From: an uncultured Thermococci archaeon
GTDB lineage: Archaea > Methanobacteriota_B > Thermococci > Methanofastidiosales > B48-G16
Assembly (NCBI GenBank): GCA_964595645.1
Contig: CAZQQT010000005.1
Location: 64,001 to 128,000, forward strand
Direction: 5' to 3'
DNA length: 64,000 nucleotides
The notes under the pieces are model-generated. The model made no database searches and was not told the origin of the DNA. It saw nothing but the letters and a program-made list of their open reading frames with translations. Shown one piece after another: positions 39,707-50,079 of this stretch. Within the stretch, counting starts at the first letter, position 1. Every line of letters starts with the position of its first letter. A program made the translations under genes and the position numbers.

Positions 39707-40662
39707 AGGGTAAAATAAATCCTTCAAAGTTAAAAAATCTCGTGTTTCCTTACCTGGGTGCGAAGAATAGCAGCGTTGTTATCGGCCCAAAGATCGGCGA
39801 AGATGCAGCTGTCATAGATCTCGACGATATCTATCTTGCTGTCTCCTCTGATCCCATTACCGGTGCCAAGGATCGGATCGGGTTTTACTCTGTGCATATC
39901 AATGCGAACGATGTCGCCACCATGGGTGCGGTACCGCAGTACTTTTTACCCGTGATCATGTTGAAGGAGAACTCCGGTGAGGACGACGTGAAAACAATAA
40001 TGAAAGATATCGATTCAACATGCAAAAAACTCAACATTTCCGTGATCGGAGGACACAGTGAAGTAACCCCCAATTTGAAAGAACATATCGTTTCTGCATC
40101 AGTTCTAGGGACAATATCGAAGGATAAACCAGTGATTTCTTCATCAGGAGCCGCCGCTGGCGATGTTATCCTGCTTACAAAAGGAGCGGGAATTGAAGGG
40201 ACCTCGATTCTCGCTAGAGATTACTACGATGAGCTCAAGAAGACCGTAGATGCAGGCATGTTAAAGCGTGCCAGAATGTATATGGACCGGATCTCCGTGG
40301 TAAAAGAAGCACTAATTGCCCGAGAGTATGCTACAGCTATGCACGATCCTACGGAAGGTGGTGTACTTGGTGGCGTCCATGAGATCTGCGATGCCTCAGA
40401 GAAAGGGTTCTATGTGGGTAGTTCTACGATACCGGTGAATGAAGAAACGCAGGCAATCTGCGACGTCTTGGATATCAATCCTTTGGCGCTCATCGGTTCA
40501 GGCGCGCTTCTGATCACCTGCTCTGAACAAGATGCACCTACACTTATAAAAGAATTGGAGAAAAACGAAATACCAAGTGCGATCATCGGAGAGATCAGAG
40601 AAGACAGCAGTGACAGAAATCTGTCGCGTGTTGAAGAGGATGAGATCTGGCGGTTTGTGTAA
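39703..40662 (+). CDS. AIR-synthase-related (HypE-like) protein
   Basis: GEDAA, SDPITG, NDVATMGA, GGHSEVT, AMHDPTEGG. Confidence 0.92.
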   Translation: MKGKINPSKLKNLVFPYLGAKNSSVVIGPKIGEDAAVIDLDDIYLAVSSDPITGAKDRIGFYSVHINANDVATMGAVPQYFLPVIMLKENSGEDDVKTIMKDIDSTCKKLNISVIGGHSEVTPNLKEHIVSASVLGTISKDKPVISSSGAAAGDVILLTKGAGIEGTSILARDYYDELKKTVDAGMLKRARMYMDRISVVKEALIAREYATAMHDPTEGGVLGGVHEICDASEKGFYVGSSTIPVNEETQAICDVLDINPLALIGSGALLITCSEQDAPTLIKELEKNEIPSAIIGEIREDSSDRNLSRVEEDEIWRFV

Positions 40663-40714
40663 TACCGATGAATAGCTTTTAAATACTTTAAAAATAAAAA
40701 AGAGGAGATGAGCA

Positions 40715-41665
40715 ATGATTAAAATTGGCATGTATTTACCTGTTTACGGTGGCTGGTTCCGTCACTCGACAAACGAAGAAGAGAAACCACCCACGTATCG
40801 TTATGTGAAACAAACTGCCATCGAAGCAGAAAAAATTGGTATCGATTCGTTGTGGATACCCGATCATATGTTAAACCCAATAAAAAATGATCGGACACCC
40901 TCGTTAGAAGCGTGGACTCTTGCCACAGCAATTGCGGAAGCGACGACGAAAGTGAATATATCTCACACTACGCTTTGTGAAGCATTTCGTTACCCCGCAG
41001 TATTAGCGAAACATGCAACTACCCTTCATGATATCAGTAATGGCAGATTCTGGCTCAGTATTGGAGCAGGCTGGTTCAAACGGGAATATCAAGCATATGG
41101 TCTGCCATTTTACCCGCATGATGAACGCGTAGCTCGAACAAAAGAGGCAATCCAAATCATTACAAAATTGTGGGAAGAAGAAAGCGTAACTTTTAAAGGT
41201 GAGTACTATTCGCTAAGTAATGGCATCCTTGAACCAAAACCAGATCCCAGACCCCCAATATGGTATGCCGGTATGTCTGAAGCCTCTCGCAGCCTTGTTG
41301 CCGAAGAAGCAGATGGCTGGCTAATGCGTGGGTGCAGTCTTGAAGAAGCACAGAGTAATATTGTCGATATGCATGAACGCCTCAAGAAAAAGAGGAGGGA
41401 TACCATAGAATTTGCCATTCCAGCACTAACATTTATCAGGGATACAGCTGAAAAGGCGGAGGAATACATAGAAAAGGTAACAGGAGATAACAAGGATGTC
41501 CCCGATCGTACCTTAGACACTGGACTTGTGGGCACTCCTGAGATGGTGGCTCGAAAGATAAATCAATTGGAGAACATAGGCATCGATCATGTACTATTAC
41601 AGCTCACTCCAACACTGAGAGAATTGCAGCAGGTAAGAAAAGTGCTTGATTGCCTTAAAAGCTGA
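40715..41665 (+). CDS. LLM-class flavin/F420-dependent oxidoreductase
   Basis: WIPDH, LEAWT, SNGRF.L.IGAGW, PKP..RPPIW. Confidence 0.9.
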   Translation: MIKIGMYLPVYGGWFRHSTNEEEKPPTYRYVKQTAIEAEKIGIDSLWIPDHMLNPIKNDRTPSLEAWTLATAIAEATTKVNISHTTLCEAFRYPAVLAKHATTLHDISNGRFWLSIGAGWFKREYQAYGLPFYPHDERVARTKEAIQIITKLWEEESVTFKGEYYSLSNGILEPKPDPRPPIWYAGMSEASRSLVAEEADGWLMRGCSLEEAQSNIVDMHERLKKKRRDTIEFAIPALTFIRDTAEKAEEYIEKVTGDNKDVPDRTLDTGLVGTPEMVARKINQLENIGIDHVLLQLTPTLRELQQVRKVLDCLKS

Positions 41666-41816
41666 TTAAATCTGTTGTTGATCTCCACGAACTAGTATAA
41701 CTGAGAGCCTACCGAATATCGTCGATTTAGAGGGAATTATATTCATGTTCCTGCGGAATTTAGACCGATTAACTCACCAAAGTATGTGGAGTTCTTCTAG
41801 ATATGTCTGTGAAATC

Positions 41817-42281
41817 CTAGTATTTCTCTTCTACTTTCTCTGCAAACTCTCGTGCACCTTCTAGATCTTCTTCATTGGGTCTCCCCTTGTGGATTCCCCC
41901 AATAAGGCGGAGAAGGTTACTAGTGTCGTATCCTCGGCAGGAAAATGTCCCAATAACGATGAATCTCTTCTTTTCCAATTTTTTCTGTAACTTCTTACTG
42001 TACGCGTGAAATATTGGAATCTCTGGCAAACCGCTTGTGGAGAAAATAAACGCTTTTTTGGTGTTCATTTCAGATAGATCATCAATAAACTCTAGAATTT
42101 CCCGATGAAACGTTCCGTAGTAGATACCGGACCCAAACCCCACAAGATCGTACTTATCAAGTGACTCCACCTCGTGCGGTTCATAGAGTGGTGCATCGAG
42201 GACATCTGCGATCACTGAAGCAATTTTTTCAGTGTTGTCGTGGTGTACCGATTTGTAGATAACTACTGGCTTCATCAACAA
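41817..42281 (-). CDS. Flavodoxin-family protein
   Basis: YKSVHHDNTEKIA, GFGSGIY, FSTSG, GRPNEEDL. Confidence 0.92.
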   Translation of the reverse strand: MLMKPVVIYKSVHHDNTEKIASVIADVLDAPLYEPHEVESLDKYDLVGFGSGIYYGTFHREILEFIDDLSEMNTKKAFIFSTSGLPEIPIFHAYSKKLQKKLEKKRFIVIGTFSCRGYDTSNLLRLIGGIHKGRPNEEDLEGAREFAEKVEEKY

Positions 42282-42312
42282 GAAGTATATACATGTACCT
42301 TTTTATAGCATC

Positions 42313-42564
42313 GTGAAAAAATATTTTATGGAGCTTAATAACAGTACTATTTCTGTGATTTCTGTCCTTAGCGGAGTAATACTCATTTTTGTCGTGCCCA
42401 CAGCCCATGAGGGCCCACTGCTTATTTACATCAATGAACGTCATGCCATTCGGCTTGTAGACGCGCTGGGCCTTACACTTGCTGTACCGGGCTGGCTCTA
42501 CATCAACGTTCTTTTATTCCGGCGGTGGAGGAAGAGGCGTTCTCAAGAATATTATTTTAAATGA
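42313..42564 (+). CDS. Small hypothetical membrane protein
   Basis: Two hydrophobic segments and a basic C-terminus. Confidence 0.55.
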   Translation: MKKYFMELNNSTISVISVLSGVILIFVVPTAHEGPLLIYINERHAIRLVDALGLTLAVPGWLYINVLLFRRWRKRRSQEYYFK

Positions 42565-42576
42565 GACCTCTATGTA

Positions 42577-43620
42577 TTGTATATGCATGTACTTATTCTT
42601 GGTGGTGGATTCTGCGGCGCGCGCGTAGCGAAAACACTGGAAAATGACGTCAATGTTACGCTTATTGACAGCAATCCACAGTTTGAGTTCACACCCAGTG
42701 TACTCAAGTGTATTTTCGATCCACAATATTATAAGCAGATCGTTGTACCTTTCCGACAATTTCTGCATTCTACTCGAATAATAACAGACAATATAATCTC
42801 TATTACACCGAATTCGATAAAAACTAAAACAGCATCGTATACCTTTGATTATCTTGTTATTTCTACAGGAATTGAATATCCTATATTTCTTACCAATAAA
42901 AAAGATGTGTATACAGTTACTTCTGTCAACGAGGCACAGAACGTACATTCTGCTGTTCTCAGTGCTGATCGGATACTGGTTGTTGGAGGAGGACTTATTG
43001 GCACAGAACTGGCCGGCGAAATCGTTACAAAAATACCAGAGAAGGAGGTAATTCTCGTGCATTCACATCCTCGATTACTCGAAAGGAACCCTTTCAAAGC
43101 CTCAGCATACGCTCATCGTTTTTTGGAAGAGAGAAGAGTCAAGATAGTGTACAATGAAAAAGTTCGCGGAAATACAAATGGGAGCTATACAACAGACAAA
43201 GGACGGTCTATTGAGGCAGATGTTGGTCTTTGGTGTGCGGGTATTCGGTGGGACACCTCTTTCATGAACCACTTTAAAAGTTCTATTTTTGCAGAAAACG
43301 GTGCACTGCATGTGAATGAACATCTCCAACTAGTAGGATACCCAAATATCTTTGTAGGTGGGGATATCACTGCAATTCCAGAGGAAAAAACGGCACAAAA
43401 TGCTGAACGTCATGCGGATGTCATCGTTGAAAATCTCCGCAGAGCCGTGGAAGGTACTCCACTGTGTGTGTACACACCACGAACAGGACCTTTACTGATT
43501 AGTCTTGGCACATGGAGAGAGATCATGACTATAAAAGACCACGTTATTACAGGGGTAATACCTGGTATTCTCAAGCATCTTGTAGAATGGCGGGTACTGG
43601 GACAATACAGAGGATTCTAA
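42577..43620 (+). CDS. NAD(P)/FAD-dependent oxidoreductase (NDH-2/AIF-like)
   Basis: ILGGGFCG, VGGGLIGTELAGEI, NIFVGGD. Confidence 0.9.
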   Translation: MYMHVLILGGGFCGARVAKTLENDVNVTLIDSNPQFEFTPSVLKCIFDPQYYKQIVVPFRQFLHSTRIITDNIISITPNSIKTKTASYTFDYLVISTGIEYPIFLTNKKDVYTVTSVNEAQNVHSAVLSADRILVVGGGLIGTELAGEIVTKIPEKEVILVHSHPRLLERNPFKASAYAHRFLEERRVKIVYNEKVRGNTNGSYTTDKGRSIEADVGLWCAGIRWDTSFMNHFKSSIFAENGALHVNEHLQLVGYPNIFVGGDITAIPEEKTAQNAERHADVIVENLRRAVEGTPLCVYTPRTGPLLISLGTWREIMTIKDHVITGVIPGILKHLVEWRVLGQYRGF

Positions 43621-43789
43621 AATAAAAATTGAAAAAAAACAACATGTTTTTATCTTTTACGAGAACACAGTACTGATATCCTGTGTATATATTCTGGAAT
43701 ATGTTTGTTCCATGAATAATTTTAAATAGATAAAATTCATAGTAAGAATAGGTAAAATAGGGTAACAACAAGCGTTCAACGGTGAATAT

Positions 43790-46150
43790 ATGGAAAGTGA
43801 TGCAAAGCCACAGGACACGCCCACGAAGGAATTATCCATTGTTTCAGAGGTAACATCGACACTGAATAGATGTGATACCCCTGAGGAAGTATACCGGGTA
43901 GTAGGCAGGGAAATATACGAGTTGAGTAAGCATTCATATGTAGTAGTGACCTCTCATGAAGGAGAAATGGAGACTATACGAATCAAAGAATATTTTGGAT
44001 TTGAGGGAGTAACAGAGTTATTATTGCGTTTGATTGGGAAAGATCCACGAGAAATGATTTTTTCCCCTGAAGACATGACAAAAGAGGAGTGGCAGATTTT
44101 TACTAGTGGGAAACTGGAATTACTTTCTGGAGGTCTTTACACTCTCATGACACGAAAGATCCCGAGAAGAGTGTGTGATGCCATTGAAGGAATTCTTGGT
44201 ATCGATCGGATCTACACAATGGGATTTAGTTTTAAGCAAATTCCTCACGGTGGTGTTATAATTATGGTAAAAAAGAATGAACAGCTACGTCATGTACACG
44301 TAATAGAAACAATCGTAAGCCACGCCGCCAATGTGATATACCGGAGAAAAACAGAGGAAGAATTAAGGATAACCAAAGAACGATTAGAGCTTGCCTTTAA
44401 AGGAGCAAATGAGGGGCTTTGGGATTGGAATATTACAACAAACGAGGTTTATTTTAGTCCAGAGTGGGCCAAGACGTTGGGATATGAGTCGGAGGAGATT
44501 GAGGGGGTGCTTGAATCATGGAAAGCACGTGTTCACCCAGAGGATATGCCCAGAGTTCAAAGGGCCCTTGATGATCATTTGAATGGGAAAACGCCCTATT
44601 ACAAAACAGAACACAGAATGAAATCAAAATCCGGCGAGTGGATCTGGATCCTCGACACAGGGAAAGTAGTTGAGTGGGACGAAGAAGGAAATCCAGTGCG
44701 GGCTGTTGGAACGCATAAAGATATCACCGCACGAAAAAAGATGGAAAAGGAGCTCCGAGAGAGCGAAGAGAAGTACCGATTACTCGCTGAAAATATGTCC
44801 GATGTAGTATTTATAGAGGACATGGAGTTTAATCTGCAGTATATAAGTCCTTCAGTTTCATCGTTGCTCGGTTATAGTATAGATGAACTCTTACGATTGG
44901 AAAAAAGAGAGTATATGAAACCAGAATCTTTTAAAAAGGCAAAAGAGGGTTTTCGTACCTGTATGGAGCTGGCTAAAAAAGGAGAAAATGAGGAATTTCC
45001 CCTCATGCGGTATGAGTACGTACGGAAGGACGGCTCTACCTTCTGGGGGGAGTTACAAGTAAAATTTCTGCGGGATTCAAAGGGCCATCTTACAGGAGTC
45101 CAGGGATCCCTCAGAGATATTACTGAACGAAAAAAGATAGAAGAGGAACTGCGGGAGAACGAACAGAAGTATCGCTCCATCGTAGAAAATGCTCATAGTG
45201 GAATCCTCATCGTCGATGAAAATTACACATGTACCTATGTGAACGACAAATTGTGTGAAATACTTGGATATTCTCAGAATGAGATCATCGGCCATGATTT
45301 TCGAGATTTCCTTGACGAAGAAAGTACACAGCTCGTAACGGATCGCTACATCCGACGGCAACGAGGAGAAGATGTTCCTTCAAAATACGAGTTCAATGTT
45401 GTCCAGAAGAGCGGTGAGAAAAGACGGGTGGAAATTAGATCCACGGTACTTAAAGATCCAGAGGGAAAACTGAGAACGGTGGCACAGATTCTGGATATCA
45501 CGGAAAGAAAAAAAGCAGAAGAAGCTCTCAAAAAACAGAAAGAAGAACTTTCTGAGTTTGCACATACTGTTTCTCATGATCTGAAGAATTATATCGGAAT
45601 AATCAAAAATAGAGCACAATTTACCCTTATAGAAAAGAATAAAGCTGAAGAAAACGTCAAAAAAATCATCGATACGACAGAAAAAATGGAACATTTTGTG
45701 AAAAAGCAACTCGAGCTTGCCGATGCAGGTAGAGCCATAGGGGAGATGACCTATACCGATCTTGCTACAGTACTTGGAAATGTAGCGGAGAATTATGAGA
45801 TTAAATTAAAACTAGAGGATCTGCCATCGATACGTGGTGATCCGGAGCGCTTAGAAGAGATATTTTCCAATCTCATTGAGAATGCAATTGTTCACGGTGA
45901 AGCAAGTGAAATAGAAATATGTTCGCGGAAAAAGGAAGGTTTTTGTGCAATTACTGTAAAAGACAATGGCAGAGGCATTCCTGAGGAAGAGATTGAGAAG
46001 ATCTTTGATACAGGATATTCAACGAGTGGGACGGGATTTGGTCTTTCTATCGTTCAGAAGATCGTTGAAGCGCACAATGGGAGTATTGTAGTGGATTCTA
46101 AAGAGGAAAAAGGAACAATTTTTGAGATTGTGTTTCCTCAAGAGAAGTAA
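43790..46150 (+). CDS. PAS-domain sensor histidine kinase
   Basis: Three PAS/PAC repeats ending DIT.RKK; H-box SHDLKN; NLIENA, DNGRGI, GTGFGLSIV. Confidence 0.94.
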   Translation: MESDAKPQDTPTKELSIVSEVTSTLNRCDTPEEVYRVVGREIYELSKHSYVVVTSHEGEMETIRIKEYFGFEGVTELLLRLIGKDPREMIFSPEDMTKEEWQIFTSGKLELLSGGLYTLMTRKIPRRVCDAIEGILGIDRIYTMGFSFKQIPHGGVIIMVKKNEQLRHVHVIETIVSHAANVIYRRKTEEELRITKERLELAFKGANEGLWDWNITTNEVYFSPEWAKTLGYESEEIEGVLESWKARVHPEDMPRVQRALDDHLNGKTPYYKTEHRMKSKSGEWIWILDTGKVVEWDEEGNPVRAVGTHKDITARKKMEKELRESEEKYRLLAENMSDVVFIEDMEFNLQYISPSVSSLLGYSIDELLRLEKREYMKPESFKKAKEGFRTCMELAKKGENEEFPLMRYEYVRKDGSTFWGELQVKFLRDSKGHLTGVQGSLRDITERKKIEEELRENEQKYRSIVENAHSGILIVDENYTCTYVNDKLCEILGYSQNEIIGHDFRDFLDEESTQLVTDRYIRRQRGEDVPSKYEFNVVQKSGEKRRVEIRSTVLKDPEGKLRTVAQILDITERKKAEEALKKQKEELSEFAHTVSHDLKNYIGIIKNRAQFTLIEKNKAEENVKKIIDTTEKMEHFVKKQLELADAGRAIGEMTYTDLATVLGNVAENYEIKLKLEDLPSIRGDPERLEEIFSNLIENAIVHGEASEIEICSRKKEGFCAITVKDNGRGIPEEEIEKIFDTGYSTSGTGFGLSIVQKIVEAHNGSIVVDSKEEKGTIFEIVFPQEK

Positions 46151-46326
46151 AAACTTCTATACATCTTATTTCATTATAATATGATTTTTAGTTCATTTAT
46201 AGTACTTATTTTTTAAATTCTCCCAAAAAATCACAGAAAGATTTAAAAAAATTGTGTATTTTCTTAGGGGGAGCAACGTATGTGATCCCCAATCTTTATA
46301 AACACCTCTCAAGTACACACCTCTCA

Positions 46327-48318
46327 ATGATGCTTATCCTCGCAGAGAAACCAAATGTCGCCAATAAAATAGCACTCTTTTTGGGCGATGCCACCCGAAA
46401 AAAGAACGGTCGTGTCAGCTATTACGTAATAGACGATAAAGACATTGTTGTCGCCTCTGCGGTAGGACATATTTACTCTCTTAGACAGACGAGGGCTGTG
46501 GACACCTATCCATTTTTTGAGTACGATTGGACACCTGTATACGACTACAATAAAAGCTCCAAGTATGTCAAAAAATATGAAACAACACTAAAAAAACTTT
46601 CTAAGGATTGTGATGAGTTTGTCAATGCGTGCGATTACGATACGGAGGGGAGCGTAATAGGATATAACGCACTGCGATTTGCGTGTGGTGCAGATCCCAA
46701 AAAAACAAAGAGAATGAAGTTCTCTACGCTCACAAAAGGAGATATTCAGGAGGCATTTGAGAATCTCCATTCTTTGAATTTTGCAATGGTGGAATCAGGC
46801 CTTACCCGACATGAAATGGATTGGATATGGGGGATAAGCACATCGAAGGCGCTTTCTTCCTCTGTGGAAACAGCGCTCGGACGGTTTGTTATGCTCTCTG
46901 CTGGAAGAGTACAAACACCAACGCTCTATTTTCTTGTCAAGCGGGAAAAGGAGATTGGTGCCTTTGAGCCGGAAACATACTATAAAGCCTATATTTTCTT
47001 TACTAAGGATGAGATCGAAGTAAAGGCGGTCCATTCCGGCAGATTGGAAAAGGATGAAGCCGAAAAAATAGAAAAAGACTGTAAAGGAAAGGATGGTATC
47101 GTCGATAAGGTTACACGGAAAAAAAGAACACGAAAACCCCCAATCCCTATGAATTTAGGGATTTTACAGTCCGAATGTTACAAAAATTTCCGATTTTCTC
47201 CAAAAAAGACCCAAAAAATTGCACAATCCTTGTATGAGTCAGGATTAATTTCGTATCCGCGTACGTCTTCACAACAACTTCCAAAATCCATTGATTTCAA
47301 GGGAATACTTACACGCCTGAAAAAACAGTACCCATTAGTAGGTGATATCCTCAAAAAGAAAAAGCTTGTACCGAGACAGGGAAAAAAGAAGGATCCCGCG
47401 CATCCAGCTATTCATCCTACTGGTGAGCTTGGAAAAATGTCTAAAAATGAAAAAAGAGTATACGATCTCATTGTTCACAGATTCATGTCACATTTTGCCG
47501 ACATTTCAGTCAAGGAAAGAATAAAGGTAGATATAGATGTAAATGGATATATCTTTCTTGCAAGAGGGACACAAACATTGAAACAGGGATGGCTCAAGTA
47601 CTATGGAAGATATACGAAGCAGAAGAAAAGAAAACTTCCAGATCTCAATGAAAATGAAGAAATTCCCATCGATAAACTGGAAATACAGGAGAAACAGACA
47701 CAGCCGCCTCCCAGATACAATCCATCTTCCGTGGTGAAGGAGATGGAGCGACTGGGCATTGGTACCAAGGCTACCAGAGCAAGTATACTCGACACACTCT
47801 ACAATAGGAATTACATCAAGGGAGGGAGGATAGAGGTTACCGAACTTGGGAAGAGAATCATTGGGACCTTGGAGAAGTACTGTGAGGACATTGTTTCTGT
47901 CGAGCTCACAAAGCACTTCGAAGAGGAAATGGAGAAAGTATACGAAGGAGAGACCAAAAGGGAAGAGGTAATTGAGGAAGCACGAACGAAGTTAGTAAAA
48001 ATTTTTAAGAAATTTAGGAAAAAAGAAAATGAGATAGGGAAAGAGATTGCAGATGCTTTTAAGATAACGCAGAGAAATAAACGAATTGTAGGAGAATGTC
48101 CAGAATGTGGTGGAGATTTAAAGATCGTCACCTCAAAGAAAACGGGGAAACGATTTGTTGGATGTTCAAATTATCCAAAATGTAACAATTCTGTCCCCTT
48201 ACCTCAAAAAGGAAAAATTTCCAAAACAAAAAAAGTGTGTGAGTGTGGCTACCCTGTACTGAGGATAGGACGATGGACGTTCTGTATCAACCCGAAATGT
48301 CCAAAAAAAGAAGATTAA
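46327..48318 (+). CDS. topA: DNA topoisomerase I (type IA)
   Basis: LAEKP, CDYDTEG, SAGRVQTP, ISYPRT, GIGTKATR, C-terminal zinc fingers. Confidence 0.97.
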   Translation: MMLILAEKPNVANKIALFLGDATRKKNGRVSYYVIDDKDIVVASAVGHIYSLRQTRAVDTYPFFEYDWTPVYDYNKSSKYVKKYETTLKKLSKDCDEFVNACDYDTEGSVIGYNALRFACGADPKKTKRMKFSTLTKGDIQEAFENLHSLNFAMVESGLTRHEMDWIWGISTSKALSSSVETALGRFVMLSAGRVQTPTLYFLVKREKEIGAFEPETYYKAYIFFTKDEIEVKAVHSGRLEKDEAEKIEKDCKGKDGIVDKVTRKKRTRKPPIPMNLGILQSECYKNFRFSPKKTQKIAQSLYESGLISYPRTSSQQLPKSIDFKGILTRLKKQYPLVGDILKKKKLVPRQGKKKDPAHPAIHPTGELGKMSKNEKRVYDLIVHRFMSHFADISVKERIKVDIDVNGYIFLARGTQTLKQGWLKYYGRYTKQKKRKLPDLNENEEIPIDKLEIQEKQTQPPPRYNPSSVVKEMERLGIGTKATRASILDTLYNRNYIKGGRIEVTELGKRIIGTLEKYCEDIVSVELTKHFEEEMEKVYEGETKREEVIEEARTKLVKIFKKFRKKENEIGKEIADAFKITQRNKRIVGECPECGGDLKIVTSKKTGKRFVGCSNYPKCNNSVPLPQKGKISKTKKVCECGYPVLRIGRWTFCINPKCPKKED

Positions 48319-48614
48319 GATTTATACGGAATTCTTCGTATATGACCACACTCAAGACATGTCATGACCTTTTTTTTGTTTCTGAAGCGTATCCGTAGAT
48401 TCTCTCCTGGCTTGAGGAATTTGTGGCAGTTTTTACAGTACATCCTTCTCCATTTTTTTGGGATCTGTACTCTACATCTCATGGAGACTCTCCTCGCTAT
48501 CCTCACGTACCTGTGTGCCAGTTCTGGGCGCTCGTCAAATACCTTTTCAGCTTCTTTGAACAGCCTGTCAATGCTTTTTTTCGCACGTCTCTTGATTCTC
48601 GACTTCCGCTTCAT
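48315..48614 (-). CDS. rnp4: Ribonuclease P protein component 4 (Rpp21)
   Basis: LAHRYV..AR, YCKNC, TCLECG.IRRIPY. Confidence 0.93.
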   Translation of the reverse strand: MKRKSRIKRRAKKSIDRLFKEAEKVFDERPELAHRYVRIARRVSMRCRVQIPKKWRRMYCKNCHKFLKPGENLRIRFRNKKKVMTCLECGHIRRIPYKS

Positions 48615-48658
48615 TGAGAAGAAAAAGGTTTTAAAAAATAAAAGCCTATGGGAGAAGT

Positions 48659-49543
48659 ATGCAAATGGTAGAATGTGTTCCAAACTTTAGTGAAGGGAAA
48701 GATACTCAAACGATCGATGCTATCCTCGATGCTATCACGAGTGTGGAAGGCGTGAAGATCCTAGACAGTGAACATGATAAGGATCACAACAGAAGTGTCA
48801 TATCGTTTGTGGCGGGTCCAGACGATGCTGTAGAGGCGGCCTTCCGTGGGTGCAAAAAGGCCTCAGAGCTGATAGATCTCAATACGCACGAGGGAGAACA
48901 TCCACGGATGGGCGCCACCGATGTGATTCCGTTTATCCCTGTCTCAGATGTAACGATGAAGGACTGTGTAGCACTTGCCGAAAAACTGGGTGAGCGAATA
49001 TGGAACGAACTGGAAATTCCAGTGTACCTCTACGAACAAGCGGCGAAAACACGGAAACGGAAGAATCTGGCGAATATACGGAAGGGAGAGTTCGAGTGGC
49101 TCAAGGAGAATATCGAGAAACGCCCCCCTGATTTTGGAGATGCAATTCACCCTACCGCCGGTGCTACTGCAGTGGGCGCCCGTGAGTTTCTGATAGCATT
49201 TAATGTGAATCTTGGTACGAATGATCTCGGCGTTGCGAAAAAGATAGCAAAGGCGGTGAGACACTCCAGCGGTGGACTACGATATGTGAAGGCCTTGGGA
49301 TTTGAGATAAAGGAAAGAGACATTGTACAAGTATCGATGAATCTCACAAACTACAAAAAAACACCGATATTCCGGGTCTTTGAGCTAATAAAAAGTGAAG
49401 CGGATCGATATGGTGTTCCTATTATTGGCAGTGAGCTGATAGGACTAGCGCCTATGAACGCATTTGTGGATGTAGCAGAATTCTACCTCAAACTTGAGGA
49501 CTTCAAGAAGGATCAGATATTTGAACGGAGGATATGGGAATGA
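48659..49543 (+). CDS. ftcD: Glutamate formiminotransferase
   Basis: ECVPNFSEG, DHNRSV, HPRMGATDV, HPTAGA, QVSMNL. Confidence 0.95.
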   Translation: MQMVECVPNFSEGKDTQTIDAILDAITSVEGVKILDSEHDKDHNRSVISFVAGPDDAVEAAFRGCKKASELIDLNTHEGEHPRMGATDVIPFIPVSDVTMKDCVALAEKLGERIWNELEIPVYLYEQAAKTRKRKNLANIRKGEFEWLKENIEKRPPDFGDAIHPTAGATAVGAREFLIAFNVNLGTNDLGVAKKIAKAVRHSSGGLRYVKALGFEIKERDIVQVSMNLTNYKKTPIFRVFELIKSEADRYGVPIIGSELIGLAPMNAFVDVAEFYLKLEDFKKDQIFERRIWE

Positions 49544-50079
49544 AGGAATTTTTGGACAGACTTGCGTCAAAAAGCTCCGTACCCGGTGGGGGAAGTGTCT
49601 CCGCACTTTCTGGTGCGCTTGCTGCGTCCCTTGGGTTGATGGTGTGCAATCTCTCTGACCTTCCCACTGTACGATTGGAAACACTGAAGGAAGAGCTTGA
49701 AAAGCTCATGAAAGAAGATGAAGAAGCTTTTAAAGAGGTAATGAAAGCATATAAGAAAAAAAACAAAGAAAAAAAGGAAGAAGCACTTAAAGAAGCCAGT
49801 AGGGTACCTTTGAGAACGGCAGAAAAATGTCTCGATGTGCTGAAAGAACTTAAACCGCTCAGCAAGGAAGGAAAAAAATCCGCGATCACTGACGTGGCAG
49901 TAGCCGCTGTGCTTGCGGAGTCTGGTATTCAGGGAGCAATTTTTAACATACGGATCAACCACAAGTATATTAAGGACGAAAAATTTATAAAAGACACCAC
50001 ACGATGGTACGAAGAGATAGTGAAGGAAGGAAAAGACCTCAAAACATATGTACTGTCTATTGTTGAGGAGTCGTTATGA
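49534..50079 (+). CDS. Formiminotetrahydrofolate cyclodeaminase / cyclohydrolase-family protein
   Basis: PGGGSVSA, LMVCNL, D.EAF..VMKAYK, N.RIN. Confidence 0.9.
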   Translation: MGMKEFLDRLASKSSVPGGGSVSALSGALAASLGLMVCNLSDLPTVRLETLKEELEKLMKEDEEAFKEVMKAYKKKNKEKKEEALKEASRVPLRTAEKCLDVLKELKPLSKEGKKSAITDVAVAAVLAESGIQGAIFNIRINHKYIKDEKFIKDTTRWYEEIVKEGKDLKTYVLSIVEESL

